Assembly: GCA_016933575.1 (NCBI GenBank)
Contig: JAFGAR010000088.1
Location: forward strand, 203,764-267,763
DNA length: 64,000 nt
Reading direction: 5' to 3'
Source: Candidatus Thorarchaeota archaeon
Lineage (GTDB): Archaea > Asgardarchaeota > Thorarchaeia > Thorarchaeales > Thorarchaeaceae
Shown here: positions 59,784-64,000 of the stretch, piece by piece
Position numbering within the stretch: the stretch's first letter is position 1
How the letters are laid out: each line of letters begins with the position of its first letter
Made by a program: the position numbers and the translations under genes
Notes under the pieces: generated by a model
Told to the model about the DNA's origin: nothing
Databases searched by the model: none
The model's input: the letters and a program-made list of their open reading frames with translations, nothing else

Positions 59784-61624
59784 GATGAGTGAACTCAACT
59801 GACTCAAGACACGGGTCAGAAATTTATAAGATATAGGCGAACAACATGGCTCGTTCCAAGGGTGTGACAATCGCGGTTAAAATTCCCATCAAATGGGAGG
59901 CTATGACCGAGAGGACTAGGCAGAGGCTTAGACAGACCATTGGACGAGATACCAGGGTGATTCATGCATTTCTTGGAGTAATCGAAGAGCATGAAGAAGA
60001 ATTACTGATAGGCAAAAATAAGGATAGAATTGATGGTAGCAAAGTAGACCAGCTCACTATGACTGCTCTCAAGGTGAAATCAGGACATGAACAGAGAACC
60101 ACTGTTCCGCATGATTTCAAAGTCAGGTTTCCTCGAATCTCTCAGAATGAGATGGATGAATGTGGACTAACTGCAGTTGCGCTCTATGAGAGTTATCTCA
60201 AACTAAGGAAGAAGAAAGGACGGACTACTTCACGTCCGACAAGAATCAATTGTACTCGTAGAATACCGCGATGGGTCTTCTCTCAAAGATTCAAGCTAAT
60301 CAGAAGAAAGACCTCTGCTTCTAATTGGTGGATAGATATCCGTGATGCCCTTGACTCCGTAAAAGCGGAAAGAGTACGTCATGATCGATTGTCAATTCCA
60401 CTGAAGATATCTCCCTATCATCTAAACCAGATAGAACGGGGTGAGGTGAAAGCATTACAGATTTTCACTGATAGAGAACAGAAATGGTGGGTAAGTCTGG
60501 CTGTTCGTATCACAATTGATGAGCCTCAAGAATCTGACTTACCTCCTGCAATTCTTGGTATCGACCTTGGAATCGAGAAAGCAGTGTGTTCAACTCTCCT
60601 CACTCCAGAGAAGGTACGAGAAACAAAATACTTCATCCAGAAAGAGAAAACCGTGCAAATCAAGAAATATGATAAGATTATAGCTGAATTGCAACGAGAG
60701 ATGCATACCAGACAGAATGAAAACTTATCCTATGACTGGGTAGCCAAGAGGCTTCGTCGATTGCATTCTAAGAGAGAAAACATAGCTAAGGAGTACGATC
60801 GTGTTCTTGTTCGACAAATACTTGACTATATCTCTGAATTATCCAAGAACTATACACTCTATGTTGCCATTGGTCGCCTGAAAAATATACGAATGCGTGC
60901 AAAGAAAGGTAACTATCAAGGTCGCAAGTTCAGGGGAATGATACACTCTTGGGCATTTGCTCGGATAACTGATAGTCTGAAACACGGACTAGCCCAGATT
61001 GGATGGAAGATTGATGGAAAGGATTCACGCTTCAGAACTGTTCCTGAAATGTGGACATCTATTATCTGCTGGAAGTGTGGGGGCAAGGGCAAGAGATCTA
61101 GACAGAATTATTTCCGCTGTCCATCTTGTGGACACAAGACCAATGCAGATCGAAATGGTAGTATCAATATTGCAACACGCATGCTTACGCTCACAAAGTC
61201 ACTGCACTCTGTGAGAGGACTAGGCAAGTGGGAAAGTGCTATTGCACAAAGCCTGCAGCCAAAAGCCCGAGAGAAGAAACCTTCACAAGGGGAGTCCTTA
61301 CTCTCCAAAATAGAACCTGCATCAGGTTCTGGAGAGTCCGCGGCTGTTCACTTTGTCCAGTTGGATCTTACCAGCTTCAGTGATGAACCTGGTGAGAGTG
61401 ATAATGACCCCGCCGTGGGAAGTACTGTGGGAACATTCCCTGCCGCTGAAAGTGATGTATCAGTATCAAAGCAGGAAAAAGAAGCCAGGTCTGTAGGAGG
61501 GATCCCATCTCAATGATGACAGACAATGCTCTTACCAATTTAGAAATCCCTTGGATTTCCGAAAGTGGTGACACTGGTAAGAGAGGGGTGGAACACAGAA
61601 GTTTCTTGTTGATGTTCACTCATC
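59784..61624 (+). mobile_element. Inverted-repeat-bounded element carrying only tnpB (non-autonomous)
   Basis: Left GATGAGTGAACTCAAC (59784-59799) and right GTTGATGTTCACTCATC (61608-61624) are inverted repeats with a 1-nt indel; no transposase and no clear TSD. Confidence 0.6.
59846..61516 (+). CDS. tnpB: TnpB/Cas12f-like RNA-guided nuclease with rearranged RuvC-II
   Basis: RuvC-I ILGIDLG; RuvC-II VAIGRL (E to G); PEMWTS-CWKC..CPSC Zn finger; RuvC-III NADRNGSINI. Confidence 0.88.
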   Translation: MARSKGVTIAVKIPIKWEAMTERTRQRLRQTIGRDTRVIHAFLGVIEEHEEELLIGKNKDRIDGSKVDQLTMTALKVKSGHEQRTTVPHDFKVRFPRISQNEMDECGLTAVALYESYLKLRKKKGRTTSRPTRINCTRRIPRWVFSQRFKLIRRKTSASNWWIDIRDALDSVKAERVRHDRLSIPLKISPYHLNQIERGEVKALQIFTDREQKWWVSLAVRITIDEPQESDLPPAILGIDLGIEKAVCSTLLTPEKVRETKYFIQKEKTVQIKKYDKIIAELQREMHTRQNENLSYDWVAKRLRRLHSKRENIAKEYDRVLVRQILDYISELSKNYTLYVAIGRLKNIRMRAKKGNYQGRKFRGMIHSWAFARITDSLKHGLAQIGWKIDGKDSRFRTVPEMWTSIICWKCGGKGKRSRQNYFRCPSCGHKTNADRNGSINIATRMLTLTKSLHSVRGLGKWESAIAQSLQPKAREKKPSQGESLLSKIEPASGSGESAAVHFVQLDLTSFSDEPGESDNDPAVGSTVGTFPAAESDVSVSKQEKEARSVGGIPSQ

Positions 61625-61640
61625 ATATTACAAGAAATGG
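61517..61640 (+). ncRNA. Putative omegaRNA 3' portion (may begin inside tnpB)
   Basis: Stems CTCTTACCA(61529)/TGGTAAGAG(61575), GAAATCC/GGATTTC and GTGGAACA/TGTTCAC, ending at TTCAC. Confidence 0.55.
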
Positions 61641-61930
61641 GTTATCGCGACCTGCTGATTACAATGGGTAAAATCAATTTGCAGCAAATTGGGTCTCGAA
61701 GTCTGCAATGCTAAGTACTTCACAATTTGGGATATTTCTTAATGAGATCATTTTCAGCTTCGTTAATTTTCTGGGCTAGAAAACTTCTAACATCAGATTC
61801 TCCTTGTAACTGGATCATTGAAACTCCCATACTGACTATCAGTACAATACCTAATAATGATAATCTGTATCACATACTCCAGTAACCATAAGATATTACA
61901 GTCCATCTTGTAAACTTAGACAAAAATTGG

Positions 61931-62073
61931 TGGAGCCCCGGCCGAGATTTGAACTCGGGATCTCCTGATCTCTTGATCAAGAAACTGCAGTCATCTGACA
62001 TACAAGTCAGGCGCTTTCTAGGAAATGATCCAGAATATGATCACAACCTCTTAGACCACTTAGCTACCGAGGC
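61931..62073 (-). tRNA. tRNA-Thr(TGT) with introns at 23/24 (62015-62049) and 37/38 (61970-62000)
   Basis: GCCTCGG/CCGGGGC-T-CCA, CCTGA-CT-TGT-A|..|A-TCAGG; BHB helices TCTA/TAGA and CTTG/CAAG. Confidence 0.9.
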
Positions 62074-62188
62074 ACGCGCTGGGATTAATCTAAACTGATT
62101 ATAGAGTTTTCGCAATTGCCTTCTTTTTTCCTCATTTATTTCAGAATTTCTTGACTCGTTTCATCTTAGATAAAGCCAAGGGATTTAG

Positions 62189-62236
62189 TGCTAGGGGCGG
62201 GATTTGAACCCGCTATAGCCTCTAAGCCACTGGGGC
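62189..62236 (-). pseudogene. Chimeric anticodon-less tRNA-like sequence
   Basis: GCCCCAG-TG-GCTTAGAGGCTATAGC fused directly to GCGGG-TTCAAAT-CCCGC-CCCTAGC-A; the acceptor strands do not pair with each other. Confidence 0.7.
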
Positions 62237-62293
62237 AGTCCTAATTTCACGAAATGTGTCTTGGTTTTAAAAGCTACTCTTCGGTATATCAGA

Positions 62294-62836
62294 TCACTTA
62301 TCGTGATAGACATTGTCTATGATTATTGCATATGCCAGTAGCATCAATCTTGGTGCATTCGGATCAACGATGCGAATAACATAACGATCTTTGAAATTGA
62401 ATGCAGGCGCAAAAACATCTCTCCATTTGTCCCCCTTCTTAATCTCCGCATAGACTCTATTCTTATCATGAGGATCAGTTATCACAAAGTTCCATTTTGT
62501 GACACCACCTTGGGCTTTATAGATCATATTGTCTTCTGAATCATACATATCAATAGACCCTCTTAGAGCAACCATTGGTCTTTTTCCACGACCTATTAGG
62601 TCTCCATTTGGTGTCTTCACATCATAGATTGGACGTGCACTCACAAGTTTCTTAGCGATTATACATACTACCGAATCATCAGGATTTCTTAGTTCAATCT
62701 CAGCTCGCATCGAGATGAGTTTCCTTTTCATAATCCCTATTTTTTCGCCTTGTGGATTGTAAATCTCGCCACCACCGAATTTCCATGTTTTCTCGTGTAG
62801 TACATAGTGTTCAATTGATTGATCTAATAGACTCAT
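62294..62836 (-). CDS. LURP-one/scramblase (tubby-like) family protein
   Basis: Repeated G..IG..K strand pattern, WNFVI, DRYVIRI, LLAYAIIID. Confidence 0.8.
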   Translation of the reverse strand: MSLLDQSIEHYVLHEKTWKFGGGEIYNPQGEKIGIMKRKLISMRAEIELRNPDDSVVCIIAKKLVSARPIYDVKTPNGDLIGRGKRPMVALRGSIDMYDSEDNMIYKAQGGVTKWNFVITDPHDKNRVYAEIKKGDKWRDVFAPAFNFKDRYVIRIVDPNAPRLMLLAYAIIIDNVYHDK

Positions 62837-63130
62837 AATAAATCACCATCAAGATGATTTACACTCAAACGAATACAATTAAGATAAACTGGGTTGAATA
62901 CCTTGGTACAAATCAGATAAGAACCCCATCTCATGTTGTTTTTGTGCCTGAATATTCTTATTCATCAAGGACATGTTTATGAGGTACTGTGCGCAAATAA
63001 CCGATAAGGACAGAATCCTTAATTGATTAACCCGTATCACACCTGTGTCATACAAACTCTAATGCTTACGAGAAAAGTAAAATAGCACACAGAAATGAAA
63101 CTTAGGATGACGTACCAATAGGTGAGCCAA

Positions 63131-64000
63131 ATGCAGGATTATAATACATTCGCACAATCCATAGTCGATTTATTCGTTCCAATCGCACAATTTTTCCAAT
63201 CATTAGGTATTCCATTTGGTCCTTTTGGATGGATGTTTATTATCGGAGCATCTCCACTAGTTCTAATTATAGTCCTATTGGTGTTTCGAGGTCGTCGCGG
63301 CTCCGGTGGTACTGATGTTCATGAAGGAATTAAGAAAATCATTGCATCAACTGGTGATGTTTCAATTGGAATGGCTGGCGCAAAGAAACTCAAATATCTC
63401 AAGACCCCAGGTCATGCATTAGTATTCCTCAAGATTGAAGAAAATGCAATCCAACAGGCATTGACCGCAGTTGATTACTATGCTCAGCAGGGCGATATAG
63501 ATGAATCTATGAAGACAAAACTTGTTGAAACATACCAAGAACGTCTTGACGCAATAAAACAAGCTATTACCAGAGATGAACAATTCAAAGAGATTCTTGA
63601 TACATCAACTGCTGTTGACAAGGCACGATCCGATTATCTCCAGAAACTTGCTGCTATGTCTGGCACAGCAGTGGAAACAGACGAAACTTCTGAAGCCGGT
63701 CCTTCTAGTGTTGGGATGCCAGATGCTGTACGAACAACTCCTTCAGGTGGCAAGCCTCCCGGTGGAGGAGCTCCTGGTGGTGGGCCTCCCGGTGGAGGAG
63801 CTCCCGGTGGTGGACCTCCTGGCGGAGGAGCTCCCGGTGGTGGACCTCCTGGCGGAGGAGCTCCCGGTGGTGGACCTCCTGGCGGAGGAGCTCCTGGTGG
63901 TGGACCTCCTGGCGGAGGAGCTCCTGGTGGTGGGCCTCCCGGTGGAGGAGCTCCTGGTGGTGGGCCTCCCGGTGGAGGAGCTCCTGGTGGTGGGCCTCCC
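63131..64000 (+). CDS. Single-pass membrane protein with helical domain and Gly/Pro repeat (runs off window end)
   Basis: MQDYNTFAQ...GWMFIIGASPLVLIIVLLVFRGRR TM, open to the window end. Confidence 0.8.
   Translation, partial: MQDYNTFAQSIVDLFVPIAQFFQSLGIPFGPFGWMFIIGASPLVLIIVLLVFRGRRGSGGTDVHEGIKKIIASTGDVSIGMAGAKKLKYLKTPGHALVFLKIEENAIQQALTAVDYYAQQGDIDESMKTKLVETYQERLDAIKQAITRDEQFKEILDTSTAVDKARSDYLQKLAAMSGTAVETDETSEAGPSSVGMPDAVRTTPSGGKPPGGGAPGGGPPGGGAPGGGPPGGGAPGGGPPGGGAPGGGPPGGGAPGGGPPGGGAPGGGPPGGGAPGGGPPGGGAPGGGPP
63761..64000 (+). repeat. 30-bp tandem repeat encoding GGGAPGGGPP, at least 8 units
   Basis: ggtggaggagctcctggtggtgggcctccc with synonymous third-position variation. Confidence 0.95.

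Noticed and set aside
59846-61516. CRISPR-associated Cas12f or catalytically dead TnpB
   Set aside because: No array or cas1/cas2 nearby; the lost Glu appears compensated by the downstream Glu
928-61619. Many short ORF-track entries antisense to or nested in clear genes, tRNAs or ORB regions (e.g. 6326-6841, 15530-16174, 24919-25128, 29399-29662, 36008-36193)
   Set aside because: Shadow ORFs with no motifs that overlap well-supported features
61620-61835. Small minus-strand ORF (MGVSMIQLQGESDVR...)
   Set aside because: Stops after about 36 codons; possibly a frameshifted remnant, no recognisable family
54133-61965. attL/attR pair formed by the 54133 fragment and tRNA-Thr(TGT)
   Set aside because: T-arms differ (GCGCG versus CCGAG); only GGGGCTCCA is shared

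Overview
This looks like chromosomal DNA from an Asgard archaeon, most likely Thorarchaeia-like. That assignment is an inference from GINS23 beside MCM, an Rpo8/RPB8 subunit, a split LKR/SDH pair, GatDE and multi-intron tRNAs. Layout: (1) 1-6.3 kb is a replication cluster (mcm, gins23, rfcS, rfcL, truA, HTH, cdc6/orc1). (2) 7-22.6 kb is a candidate DNA-transfer/pilus locus: a TFB paralogue, a VirB11/TadA-type ATPase, a class III pilin, a VirB4/HerA-type ATPase, Ig-fold surface proteins and a VirB2/CedA1-like pilin. (3) 25-41.4 kb carries canonical ORB boxes (candidate oriC at about 29.2-29.4 kb) and is densely seeded with a 9-bp palindrome, TGTAWTACA. The motif occurs in 9-bp-period arrays in almost every intergenic gap, including tail-to-tail gaps, and inside genes. 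The same region encodes a coupled ExeA/TnsC-like AAA+ ATPase and a ribbon-helix-helix protein. This is the best candidate for an undescribed system: a ParA-independent, origin-proximal chromosome partition (centromere) system. (4) 41-54 kb is housekeeping genes and intron-containing tRNAs. (5) 54-62 kb is an island bracketed by two complementary tRNA fragments. It holds a 1765-aa RecB/Cas4-like nuclease and an inverted-repeat-bounded TnpB with a Fanzor-type rearranged RuvC site. The window ends in a membrane protein with a Gly/Pro 10-aa repeat. All motif counts are by eye and no database searches were run.
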